Under the pieces are notes generated by a model, which saw only the letters and a program-made list of their open reading frames with translations, had not been told where the DNA came from and ran no database searches. A stretch of DNA of 64,000 nucleotides from assembly GCA_016180645.1 (NCBI GenBank), contig JACPAV010000021.1, positions 1 through 64,000 of the forward strand. Direction: 5' to 3'. A program made the position numbers and the translations under genes. Each line of letters starts with the position of its first letter. The stretch's first letter is position 1. This DNA is from Nitrospirota bacterium. GTDB taxonomy: Bacteria; JACPQY01. Positions 8,643 through 16,840 of the stretch are shown here, one piece after another.

Positions 8643-9920
8643 ATGTTGCACATGTGCGCGGACGGATACGGCATCGGCGGGAGGATCAAGATAGATCACG
8701 TGTGCTTTCTAATGGTTGGAGTGCTTGCGTTCGCATGTGGAGAAAACAATAGTCCGATCGAATTGCAATCGGCTTCGGACCGCTCGTGTCGCGCGATCCA
8801 GCCTCTGGAGAGCGGAGCGCCGCGTGGGCCTCTGGCCGGGGGTTTCCAAGCGATCGACCGGCAGTCGGGCAGCGAGTGGAACGTTTTTGGAGAGGCTGTC
8901 GCCGGTTCGATGGCGGAGGGCGGGCGCCGGCTGGAAACGATCGGTGAGGCTTTCACGGCCTACTGGTTTGCATGGAGCGCCATCTGGCCTGGAGCCGAAG
9001 TGTGGGGTCGTGAGGCGCGACCCAACGCCGCCGTCAAGATGCCGGAAACGTTGGCCGACGGTTCGTTGAAGCCCTCGTGCAGCGCGGGGCGCGACTGTAT
9101 TCCGGCTCTAAGGCCGACGTGGGTCGGCGCGGGCAATCCAGCCGCCTTTGCCTATCTGACGGATGAGGACGAAGTCGTTGGGATTCGTCTCGGCGGGAGC
9201 GCGCGCGCCTACCCCCACAAAATTTTGTGGCGGCATGAGGCGATCAACGACGTGCTGGCGGGCGCGCCGATGGCCGTCACCCACAGCGCGCTCACGCGTT
9301 CGACCGTCGTTTTCGACACCTACAGAGAGGGCGAGTCTCCCTTGGATCTGGGAGTGACGGGCAGTCTCTACAACTCCAACACCGTTTTCTATGACCGGGA
9401 GACGGACAGCTTCTGGAGCCAGATGCGGATGCAGATCATTCGGGGACCCCTCGCGCAGTCGCGATGGGGCGAGGCGAAAACCTGTCCGTTCGTGGAGACG
9501 ACATGGAAAACCTGGCGGACCCTTTTCCCTGAAACCGAAGTCATCTCCGAGAAAACGGGATTTGACATCGACTACCGGAAGTATCCCTACACAACGCCCC
9601 GGGCGGGAGAGGAATCCGACGTGGACTACAGGACCGACGATGCGGATACGTTCCGCCCCACCGTTCCGCCCGTGGACCATTTGGCGGACCCCGGCCAGGC
9701 CGGGTACGTGGGGTCGAAGGACCTTGCGTTCGGAGTCATCCAAAAAGATGCGGCCAAGTTCTATCTCTGGAAGGACCTGAGCGCGCTCGGCGAGCGCGCC
9801 GCCGTTAACGACACGGTGGGCGGCGTTCCGATCGTCGTTTTCTGGGACGCTGGAAACAGGTGGATCTCCGCCTATCATCGCGATGTGGAGGATCGAACGC
9901 TGGAGTTCGAGAGCCGATAG
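8643..9920 (+). CDS. DUF3179-family lipoprotein, apparently circularly permuted
   Basis: Lipobox LAFAC; family-type motifs DCIPAL, ARAYPHKILWRHEAIND, GSLYNSNTVFYDRETDSFWSQ, TTWKTWRTLFPET, YWFAWSAIWP. Confidence 0.8.
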   Translation: MLHMCADGYGIGGRIKIDHVCFLMVGVLAFACGENNSPIELQSASDRSCRAIQPLESGAPRGPLAGGFQAIDRQSGSEWNVFGEAVAGSMAEGGRRLETIGEAFTAYWFAWSAIWPGAEVWGREARPNAAVKMPETLADGSLKPSCSAGRDCIPALRPTWVGAGNPAAFAYLTDEDEVVGIRLGGSARAYPHKILWRHEAINDVLAGAPMAVTHSALTRSTVVFDTYREGESPLDLGVTGSLYNSNTVFYDRETDSFWSQMRMQIIRGPLAQSRWGEAKTCPFVETTWKTWRTLFPETEVISEKTGFDIDYRKYPYTTPRAGEESDVDYRTDDADTFRPTVPPVDHLADPGQAGYVGSKDLAFGVIQKDAAKFYLWKDLSALGERAAVNDTVGGVPIVVFWDAGNRWISAYHRDVEDRTLEFESR

Positions 9921-9926
9921 GTCCGT

Positions 9927-9974
9927 TTCGAGGCCGAACCCCATGCCGAGGACGGTATGGGGTTCGGCCTCGAA
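9927..9974. terminator. 22-bp stem hairpin between convergent genes
   Basis: TTCGAGGCCGAACCCCATGCCG-AGGA-CGGTATGGGGTTCGGCCTCGAA (one G:T pair), just after the DUF3179 stop; no clear U-tract. Confidence 0.5.
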
Positions 9975-10116
9975 GAGCGTCTAACAGAATGCGTAGGGGA
10001 GGGTCTTCAGACCCTCCCGACAAGAGGGAGCAAGTAGGGGAGGGTCTTCAGACCCTCCCGGCAAGAGGGAGCATCTGAAGATGCTCCCCTACGAATCGGC
10101 ATTCTGTTAGACGCTC
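9975..10116. mobile_element. MITE carrying GTAG-type REP palindromes (copy 1)
   Basis: Perfect 18-bp terminal inverted repeat GAGCGTCTAACAGAATGC/GCATTCTGTTAGACGCTC, flanked by GAA on both sides; interior has GTAG-GGGAGGGTCTTCAGACCCTCCC twice and GGGAGCATCTGAAGATGCTCCC-CTAC. Confidence 0.8.
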
Positions 10117-10135
10117 GAAGACCATCTCGTGTGGA

Positions 10136-10300
10136 TCAGGAGTCTCTGTTCGACGCGGCGCACGCCCCTTGTCCGGGCCTCTTGCCGCACGACACGAGCG
10201 CGGACTCTTCGAAAATCTTCTCGGACTCGATCCGGGGCGGCTCGTACTTCGCCTTGGCGCCATCTTTCTCCTGTTCGGGTTTTCCCGGTTTGCCGTCCAC
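10136..10300 (-). CDS. 54-aa RiPP-precursor-like peptide
   Basis: GTG start overlaps the TAG stop of the upstream giant gene (TAGTG). MDGKPGKPEQEKDGAKAKYEPPRIESEKIFEESALVSCGKRPGQGACAASNRDS: YxxPxI leader-like motif followed by a short two-Cys small-residue core. Confidence 0.7.
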   Translation of the reverse strand: MDGKPGKPEQEKDGAKAKYEPPRIESEKIFEESALVSCGKRPGQGACAASNRDS

Positions 10301-13300
10301 TATGGCGTGGGATCCACAATCCACATCGGGAGGTACCACACGTTGCCGCCCACGCCGCCGAGAACGAGGTAGGTGTAGTTGAGGTCCGGCACGAGGCTGC
10401 CGGCCAGACTGACGCCGAGGTTGAACGGGTAGCCGTTCGATGTGAGCTGGACGGGGCTCTTGAGCGTGCAGCAGTTGGTGGTGATGTCGTAGGCGAAGAC
10501 CTTGCCCACCGTGTTCGAAAAGTAGAGGACGCCCTTGTACACGACCGGTTGGGACCGGATGGGGTTCGTTCCATCGGGCTGGACGGGGAAGCCCGTGCAG
10601 GCGGCCCCGGTCGATTCGACGACGCAGTGGAGCTTGCCCGTGTCGTCCCCGAAGAAGATCCCGCCGTGCGCGAGCCACGGTTGGAGCGCCTTGGAAGGTC
10701 CCACGCCCCCGCCGCCGGTGTACCCGCCGGTGAAGTTGGTGTAATCGGTGAAGTCGCTCTTGTTGAATACGCGGAGCGCCCCCGCCGATCCGGACGCCGT
10801 CGGGACGTAAAACCGGCCCTGGGTGATGTGCATCCAGGGCAAGCCGTAGACCGCGTAGCCGCCGCCGATGTTCTTGGTCAATGTGGCCGGTGCGGTGTCC
10901 GGCGTGAGGAGGCCGTCCGCCGCGGTAGTGGCCTGGAATTCGGTGACGCCCCTCGCGCCCGTGCCTGCCACGTACACGCGCAGGTTGGTGGCGCTCGCGT
11001 TGTACTGCATGGCCGTGCTGTCCTCCGTAGGCGGATTGGCGTCGACATCGACGCACTTGTAGATGTACGGGGCCGTCGAGCCGGTGCAGTTTGTCGTGTT
11101 GCAGTAGGTGTTGGAGGCGTTGTTGTTCCAGCAGACCGAGCAGACGTAATCAACGGCCGCCCCGGTCTGCGCGCCGAAATAGATCATTTCGTTGTCGCCC
11201 TGCACACCTGTGGTGATTTTGTTGAAAGTGACGGCCGATCCCTTGCAGGCCGTGCCGCCTCCGGTGTATCCACCCGTGTAGCCTGTTTCGATGCCGATGG
11301 CCGAGCCGGTAAACGTGGCGCCGACCATTTTCCCCGTGGTCGTGCCGAACCAGATCCATTCCTTTTCCGTTCCGGCGCAGGTATTGGCGCCCCAGTTCTG
11401 CGTGTAGGCCCACACGGTGCCCACGCCGTCCCCGCAGGCGCCCCCACACAGCGTGTCCACGGCGGCGGAGGCGCGCAGGTCGGTTCCCGCCGAGTTGACG
11501 ACGTAGATTGAATCTCCGCTTCCGGCCGCCCCTTCGCGCGAGAGGACGAACGTGCCCAGGAACGTATCGCCCGCCGTGCCCGCGAGGTCTGAGTCGTAGT
11601 CCGACTGCGCCTGTGTACACTGTGTCCATATGTTGGCGCCGAACGCTTGGAGGGTGCCGCGGATGACGGACAGACTTCGGACTCCCGCGTCGAAGGTCCC
11701 CGAGATTCCCGGGGGGGAACCGAGGGCGACATTGGAGTTCCCGCTGTCGCAGATCGACGAGCCGCAACCGGCGTTCTGGATGGTGATCGTATCGCCGGCG
11801 GCCACCGTGGCGCCCGAACCGGGCGTGATGGTCAGCTTCTGATTGGTATCCCAGGAGCAACTGGGCCCGGACCCCCAACCGTGTGAACTGCTGAGCAGGA
11901 GATACGTCAGAACGCCCGGGCACGTCGCCTGGTTTGTCGCGGAAGAGAATTCGAGGATGACGCGATCGCCGGCGGAAAGGCCGGCCGTCGGCGTCCCCGC
12001 CGTGTCCGTGGCGGTAGCCAGGATCAAATCGGGCGCCGAGCCGTTCGTGGTGAAGTCGGTGTCGTTGGGATCCGTATTGGCCCCGTAGGCGGTCCATGCG
12101 ACGGATGATGAACCGAGGCTGTCCATGGTCCGCGCCTGCCAGTGGTAGGAGCCGTTCGACAGGCTCAGGGATACCGTTTGGCTCGACCCGCTCGCCACAT
12201 ACGTCGTGGCGGAAACGGTGGGCACGCCGGTGAAGGCGATGCCGACCGCCTTGACTTCAACTTGCAGCTTGACTGTGTCGGAATCGGGGTCGGTCATCGT
12301 GGCCGTGAACTTGACCGTATTGGAAGTGATGGAACCGCCTTGGGCGATGGGCGTGTCGTTTCCGTCGGCTTGAGATGGGGAAGTCGGTGCGTTGGGCGCG
12401 GTGGTGGTCGGCGTGGCGCAGCGTTCCACGGTGTTGGTATCCTGGTTCCCCATGGCGTCGCGGGCCCGCGCGACGAAACAGTACTGTGTGCCCGCCGTCA
12501 GGCCGGTATCGGTGTAGCTGGTGCCGGTGAACCCGCCGGGGGGCACCGCGTTCGACGGCCCGGGCGTGAAGCCGGTGGATCCCCTGTAGATGTTGTACGT
12601 CACCGGTTCGGAGGCATCGCTCCCGGCGGCCCAGGAGACCGTTACGCAGCCGCTGCCGCAGGTGGTGACTGCCGAGGTGGCGCCCGCGAACGTCGGCGGC
12701 GTCGTGTCGGTGGAAACGCCTCCGATATCGAATTCATCGATGTTCCATCCGGACAGCGCCACCGCGTTGTCCGTCGTCAAGTTGAACCGGATTTGGAGGG
12801 ACGTCTGTCCGTCCCAGGCGTTGGCCGGGCTCGGCGCCACCTCGTGCAGGAACCACGCGGCGTCCCGCACGCTTCCGCTCCCCGCTGTCGCGCCGGCGGT
12901 CCACACGTCGGTGAAGCTGCATCCCCCTCCCGCGCACGCTTGAATGCGCGCGATGTCGTAGCCGTTGCCCTCGTGGTTCAGCCACCGCCGGTAACGGATT
13001 TTGATGTTGGAGCGATTGGCGCAGTTGAAGGCGACGGAGGTGAGGTTGATCGTCTGATTGTTCGGATAGTCGCCCGACAGGTTGTTTCCCCACACCTTCC
13101 CGTTCCCGCTCGTGGCCCCGTATCCGCTCGGAGGGTCCGGGTTGCCCGCCGCGCTTCCACCCGAGCCGGTGGGCGTGCCCCAGGCCACATTCGCGCTGCT
13201 GGGCGTCCAGCCGCCGTTGTTCGACTCGAAATCGTGCGGAGGTTGGTTGGTGGGGCTGTAGCAAGAGATGAAATTGGCGCTGGGCGCGGCCGACTTCTCC

Positions 13301-15135
13301 ACCGTATTCGTGTCCTCTTGGGCCAGATTGTCCTTCGCGCGGACGACGAAGTAGTAGGTGGTGCCGTTCGTGAGGCCCGATGCGCGGTAGGAGGTGTTGG
13401 TCGTGCTGAACGTAGGCGAGCTGTAGTTCTGGCCGCCGGACGTGGTGGAGTAATAGATGTTGTAGGTGATGGGCGGTGAGGCGTCGTTCGCGGCCGCCCA
13501 TTGGAGGTCCACGAAGCCGCCCTTCCCCGGATCGCTTGCCGCCTCGAGACCCATGAAATCGGGCGGCGCGGTATCCACCGTGTTCACATAGCCTGATGCC
13601 GAACTGTAGGATCCCTCGTTTCCGGCGCCGTCCTTCGCCGCCACATGGAGGTAGTAAAACTTGTCCAGGGCAATGCCGTTCTGCCCGGAGGTGAGCGTGG
13701 TGCTCGTGGCGCTGCTGCCGATCAAGCCGTTGTATCGCAGGGTGCAGGTGCCGAAGTTCGGCGTGGCGGGGGAGGGATACTCGCAGACCTGAAGCCTGTA
13801 GTCCGCGATCCCGGACGGGTCGGTCGGCGCCGTCCACGTGGCCGTGATGTTGAGGTCCGAACTGGTGGAGCCATCCGACCAAGAAGGGCTTGTGGGGGCG
13901 CCCGGAGGAGTCGAGTCGCCCTGGATCTGGGCGGAGAGGCTGTAGGTGGTCGTCCCGTTGGCGTAGTCGTTGACCCAGATAGCGTAGGTGCCGGGGGAAA
14001 GCGAGACCGTGATCGACTCGTTGGCCGTGCCGGTATTGATGCTGGACCCCAATTGAGTCTGAAAGGTCTCGTCGTACACGTAGAGGTCGCAATCCACCGA
14101 GAGTCCGGTGAGATCAACCTTGACGCTGACCGAACCCGAGGAGCCGAGGACCATTTTCCAGAAGTCGTCCTCCTTGTCCGTGCTGCTGTTGAAGGCGCCG
14201 GACTGGACGCCGCCCGTCGTGGGGAGAGGGCAGATGGAGCTTCCGAAGGGACCGTTGTTGCGGTCGTTGGCGCTGCTGTCCGGTTCGGAGCAGTAGAAGG
14301 TTTTGAGAGTGTAGGTGGTGGAAGCGGAACCGATGGCGCGGGCCCGCACGTAGTAGGTGCGCGCCGAGAGGGCGGTCGAACCGCCGTCCACCCATTCGTC
14401 CGTGCTGCCCGTTCCCGCCGAGGAGTCCAGAAGCGTGCTCGGCCCGGAATCGTAGAGGTCCAAGTCCACGTTGGCGGAGAGTCCCGTCAGCCGGACGGTG
14501 AACTTTCCGGTGGAACTGGTCGCCGCGCTCCACCAGTCGGCGGTGTCCACGCTCGCGTTGATGTTTCCCGCGTACGTGCCGGTGGTGGGGAGGTGGCAGA
14601 CCTTGGATTCGTTGTAGGCGTTGTTCAGATCTCCGCTGGTGGCGGCCTCGTCGCACAGCTTCGTCACCGTGGCCCACACCCTGTAGTTTGAATCGGCCGT
14701 CCCGTACATGTTGACGAGCACGTAATACGTGCCTGGCGTGAGGCCGGACGCCGTGAGCTGCTCCGCGGTCGTGCCGGAATTCGCCGAGGAGGCGATTTCG
14801 TTCAGATCGCCGTTGTAGAGATGGAGGTCCACGTCCGAACCTAGCGTGTCCATATCGACGGTCAGGTTGGCCCAATCCGAGAGGACAAACTTCCAGTAGT
14901 CCCGACACAGCGCGCTCGGAGTCACGCCGTTGCACCTGCTGCCCCCGCTCACGTAGTCCGAGATGCCGTTGTTGGAGCCGGGCTGGGTTGTGGGAAGCGT
15001 GCATATGTCCGTGTTGTTGATGTAGTTATTGTTGTCGCTCAGGAGGAGCGGCTCGAGGCAGGCATGGGCGGAACCGCTTCGCAACATGAACCACAACGCC
15101 GCCGATACCGCCGTCGCCCAGACCCGCTTTCTCAT
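10300..15135 (-). CDS. giant secreted multidomain protein (3 PPC-like, 3 FN3, jelly-roll-like, C-terminal beta-propeller-like region)
   Basis: Signal peptide ending AHA; three DxW...DVDLxLY...GTYYV PPC-like units; FN3 units (W...Y...GL...YxF.VRAxD); DFES...GWNIDEF module; C-terminal SQPVVYKGVLYFSNTVGKVFAYD propeller-type blades; Ser/Thr/Gly/Cys rich. Confidence 0.85.
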   Translation of the reverse strand: MRKRVWATAVSAALWFMLRSGSAHACLEPLLLSDNNNYINNTDICTLPTTQPGSNNGISDYVSGGSRCNGVTPSALCRDYWKFVLSDWANLTVDMDTLGSDVDLHLYNGDLNEIASSANSGTTAEQLTASGLTPGTYYVLVNMYGTADSNYRVWATVTKLCDEAATSGDLNNAYNESKVCHLPTTGTYAGNINASVDTADWWSAATSSTGKFTVRLTGLSANVDLDLYDSGPSTLLDSSAGTGSTDEWVDGGSTALSARTYYVRARAIGSASTTYTLKTFYCSEPDSSANDRNNGPFGSSICPLPTTGGVQSGAFNSSTDKEDDFWKMVLGSSGSVSVKVDLTGLSVDCDLYVYDETFQTQLGSSINTGTANESITVSLSPGTYAIWVNDYANGTTTYSLSAQIQGDSTPPGAPTSPSWSDGSTSSDLNITATWTAPTDPSGIADYRLQVCEYPSPATPNFGTCTLRYNGLIGSSATSTTLTSGQNGIALDKFYYLHVAAKDGAGNEGSYSSASGYVNTVDTAPPDFMGLEAASDPGKGGFVDLQWAAANDASPPITYNIYYSTTSGGQNYSSPTFSTTNTSYRASGLTNGTTYYFVVRAKDNLAQEDTNTVEKSAAPSANFISCYSPTNQPPHDFESNNGGWTPSSANVAWGTPTGSGGSAAGNPDPPSGYGATSGNGKVWGNNLSGDYPNNQTINLTSVAFNCANRSNIKIRYRRWLNHEGNGYDIARIQACAGGGCSFTDVWTAGATAGSGSVRDAAWFLHEVAPSPANAWDGQTSLQIRFNLTTDNAVALSGWNIDEFDIGGVSTDTTPPTFAGATSAVTTCGSGCVTVSWAAGSDASEPVTYNIYRGSTGFTPGPSNAVPPGGFTGTSYTDTGLTAGTQYCFVARARDAMGNQDTNTVERCATPTTTAPNAPTSPSQADGNDTPIAQGGSITSNTVKFTATMTDPDSDTVKLQVEVKAVGIAFTGVPTVSATTYVASGSSQTVSLSLSNGSYHWQARTMDSLGSSSVAWTAYGANTDPNDTDFTTNGSAPDLILATATDTAGTPTAGLSAGDRVILEFSSATNQATCPGVLTYLLLSSSHGWGSGPSCSWDTNQKLTITPGSGATVAAGDTITIQNAGCGSSICDSGNSNVALGSPPGISGTFDAGVRSLSVIRGTLQAFGANIWTQCTQAQSDYDSDLAGTAGDTFLGTFVLSREGAAGSGDSIYVVNSAGTDLRASAAVDTLCGGACGDGVGTVWAYTQNWGANTCAGTEKEWIWFGTTTGKMVGATFTGSAIGIETGYTGGYTGGGTACKGSAVTFNKITTGVQGDNEMIYFGAQTGAAVDYVCSVCWNNNASNTYCNTTNCTGSTAPYIYKCVDVDANPPTEDSTAMQYNASATNLRVYVAGTGARGVTEFQATTAADGLLTPDTAPATLTKNIGGGYAVYGLPWMHITQGRFYVPTASGSAGALRVFNKSDFTDYTNFTGGYTGGGGVGPSKALQPWLAHGGIFFGDDTGKLHCVVESTGAACTGFPVQPDGTNPIRSQPVVYKGVLYFSNTVGKVFAYDITTNCCTLKSPVQLTSNGYPFNLGVSLAGSLVPDLNYTYLVLGGVGGNVWYLPMWIVDPTP

Positions 15136-15515
15136 GGTCGTCCGGACCTCGGCGGGATCTTGACTGCGGAGCCGGGCACCTCATGCGCCTTTTCGAGAAC
15201 CCCTCGATCAAAAAGGCCGAGCTTGTCCTGCTGTTCCTTGGTCACTGCCGGAGCGTCCACACCGGCAAGATCCTCGGGAACGACGTCCGGCGCGGGGCCC
15301 TCCCCGGGGAGATCCACCTCAGTCCCAAACCTGCCGTCGGCTTCACCCGGAAGTCGCTCGTATCGCCCGCCCCGTTGATATACGCCGGCGCCTCCGTGGC
15401 CAACCGCGCTCTTGTCGCGCTTGGAACAACCTTGAAGAGTTGAAACTGCGGACAAAATGAGTAGAAGGGATAGACCCCACGCGAGTGATAACTGCCGTGA
15501 CCGGCTTTTTGGCAT
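15132..15515 (-). CDS. small lipoprotein, unknown function
   Basis: Basic N-terminus, hydrophobic core, lipobox LQGC; stop overlaps the ATG of the giant protein (ATGA). Confidence 0.7.
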   Translation of the reverse strand: MPKSRSRQLSLAWGLSLLLILSAVSTLQGCSKRDKSAVGHGGAGVYQRGGRYERLPGEADGRFGTEVDLPGEGPAPDVVPEDLAGVDAPAVTKEQQDKLGLFDRGVLEKAHEVPGSAVKIPPRSGRP

Positions 15516-15728
15516 GCTCCCGTCCCTGATTCACGTGTACAAGAATTCATGTGGTTTGTCAATATCAAATTGGCGGCAATAGTGACTCTTATTGATGGCT
15601 TTTGAATTTAGACGTCACGGGTCACCTTGGCCGTCCGTCAGGGTCGTGAACGTCGAACATCTGAATCATGAACGTGGAACGGCGAACGTCGCACGTGGGA
15701 GGAGGAATTCCGGCGTTCACGTCGGCGT

Positions 15729-15885
15729 AGTGCGGTCGAGCGTGATGCGAGCCGGTATTCGAGGTAGGCGCACCCTTCAGGGTGCGTCATTAGACGCGGG
15801 CTAAAGCCCGCGGCTACCACTACTGCTGTACGCCGACCATGGAGGGTTGGCATGACGAAGGAAGTGCGGTCGAGCGTGATGCGAG
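15729..15885. repeat. REP doublet bracketed by a 23-bp direct repeat
   Basis: AGTGCGGTCGAGCGTGATGCGAG at 15729-15751 and 15863-15885; between them GTAGGCGCACCCTTCAGGGTGCG...CGCGGGCTAAAGCCCGCGGCTAC (15764-15817). Confidence 0.7.
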
Positions 15886-16014
15886 TGCGATCCGGCGTGA
15901 TGCCGGCCGCACTTTCGACGCCGAGATCCCACGTTGAGTCCCTTCGTCGTCCCCGAAGCGGAGCGGAGGGGGCAACCTATTTGGCCGGCAGGAAGCCGGC
16001 GATAGGGTAGAAAG

Positions 16015-16087
16015 TGCGCCTGGAGGGAGTCGAACCCCCAACCCTCAGATCCGAAGTCTGATGCTCTATCCATTGAGCTACAGGCGC
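16015..16087 (-). tRNA. tRNA-Arg (anticodon UCG), CCA not encoded
   Basis: GCGCCTGTAGCTCAATGGATAGAGCATCAGACTTCGGATCTGAGGGTTGGGGGTTCGACTCCCTCCAGGCGCA folds as a cloverleaf; anticodon arm TCAGA-CTTCGGA-TCTGA; T-loop GTTCGAC. Confidence 0.95.
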
Positions 16088-16106
16088 AACTAGTGATTTC
16101 AGAGGC

Positions 16107-16574
16107 TTACGAAGCCAGGGCTTCCTGAGCTTTGGCAACTCCAAAATTACTCCAAATTTTCGACCCGGAATAGGCGTCCAGGCGCTTGATCGCCTCCGCC
16201 TTGTGTTCGTCGGCCACGTGCGCGTAGATCTCTACCATCTCCAAGCTACTCCATCCTCCAAGTTCCATCAAGGTCTTGAGCAGGTACACGTCCTGCACGT
16301 ATGCCTTTAAGTGAATCCGCGAGTAGTTCAGCCAATCATCGGCCAGCATGTTGAACGTGGTCACCGCTTCCGGGGCCACCCTTTCCCACGGCCTTGCACC
16401 CGTCTGGACCTTCGCCCTCAACCCGTCCAACATCCCGATGGCATTCTCAAGCGTTTCCGCCTCATGCCTCTCAAGAATCCGCTCATGGTATTTCCGCGCC
16501 AGCTCCGGGTAGCGAACGAGAAAACGCCCATCCGGTAGCTGCCTCACGCCCTTGTATCGTTTGATTTTCGGCAT
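16107..16574 (-). pseudogene. tyrosine integrase with in-frame internal deletion
   Basis: N-terminal arm-binding-like region and TTFNMLADDWL joined directly to the C-terminal TLMELGGWSSLEMVEIYAHVADEHKAEAI (catalytic Tyr segment). Box I Arg and HxxR are missing; only 155 aa. Confidence 0.8.
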
Positions 16575-16575
16575 C

Positions 16576-16773
16576 TCACTTGCCCCCTTTCTTTGCCCTT
16601 ATCCTCTGCCTGCACATGGGGCAGACTTGTTGCCCAATCTCCTTCTTCAAGAGTTCGATCACCATCCGGTTGAACGCGATCCCACGGCGGGCGCAGTAAG
16701 CCTCAACCTCGGCCTTGAAATCAAGCGGCAGCCGAACGGCCCTGACCGTCGATGTCTTGTGCCTATCCTTCAT
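16576..16773 (-). CDS. ribbon-helix-helix (Arc/CopG-like) regulator
   Basis: VRAVRLPLDFKAEVEAYCARRGIAFNRMVIELLKKEI fits the RHH strand-helix-helix pattern; C-terminal CPMC; directly upstream of the integrase. Confidence 0.65.
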   Translation of the reverse strand: MKDRHKTSTVRAVRLPLDFKAEVEAYCARRGIAFNRMVIELLKKEIGQQVCPMCRQRIRAKKGGK

Positions 16774-16811
16774 GGTAATACCAATGTATTACCACATGGC
16801 TGTTTTGTCAA
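16773..16811 (-). promoter_or_regulatory. sigma70-type promoter with overlapping palindromic operator
   Basis: TTGACA(16811-06)-17 bp-TACATT(16788-83); inverted repeat TGGTAATAC-CAAT-GTATTACCA (16773-16794) covers the -10 box. Confidence 0.65.
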
Positions 16812-16840
16812 GCCCCCTTGATGCTACTGACTGCGGAGCC

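Noticed and set aside
8643-9920. Selenoprotein, since some DUF3179 members contain Sec
   Set aside because: No in-frame TGA, and the motif position reads HSALT.
9993-10092. Short palindromic repeats resembling a mini-CRISPR
   Set aside because: Units are inverted relative to each other, spacers are not unique, and the block is bounded by TIRs; a REP/MITE explains it better.
10301-11056. Upstream part of the 306-aa track ORF 10136-11056
   Set aside because: Overlaps the giant gene out of frame; only the last 54 codons from the GTG at 10300 look genuine.
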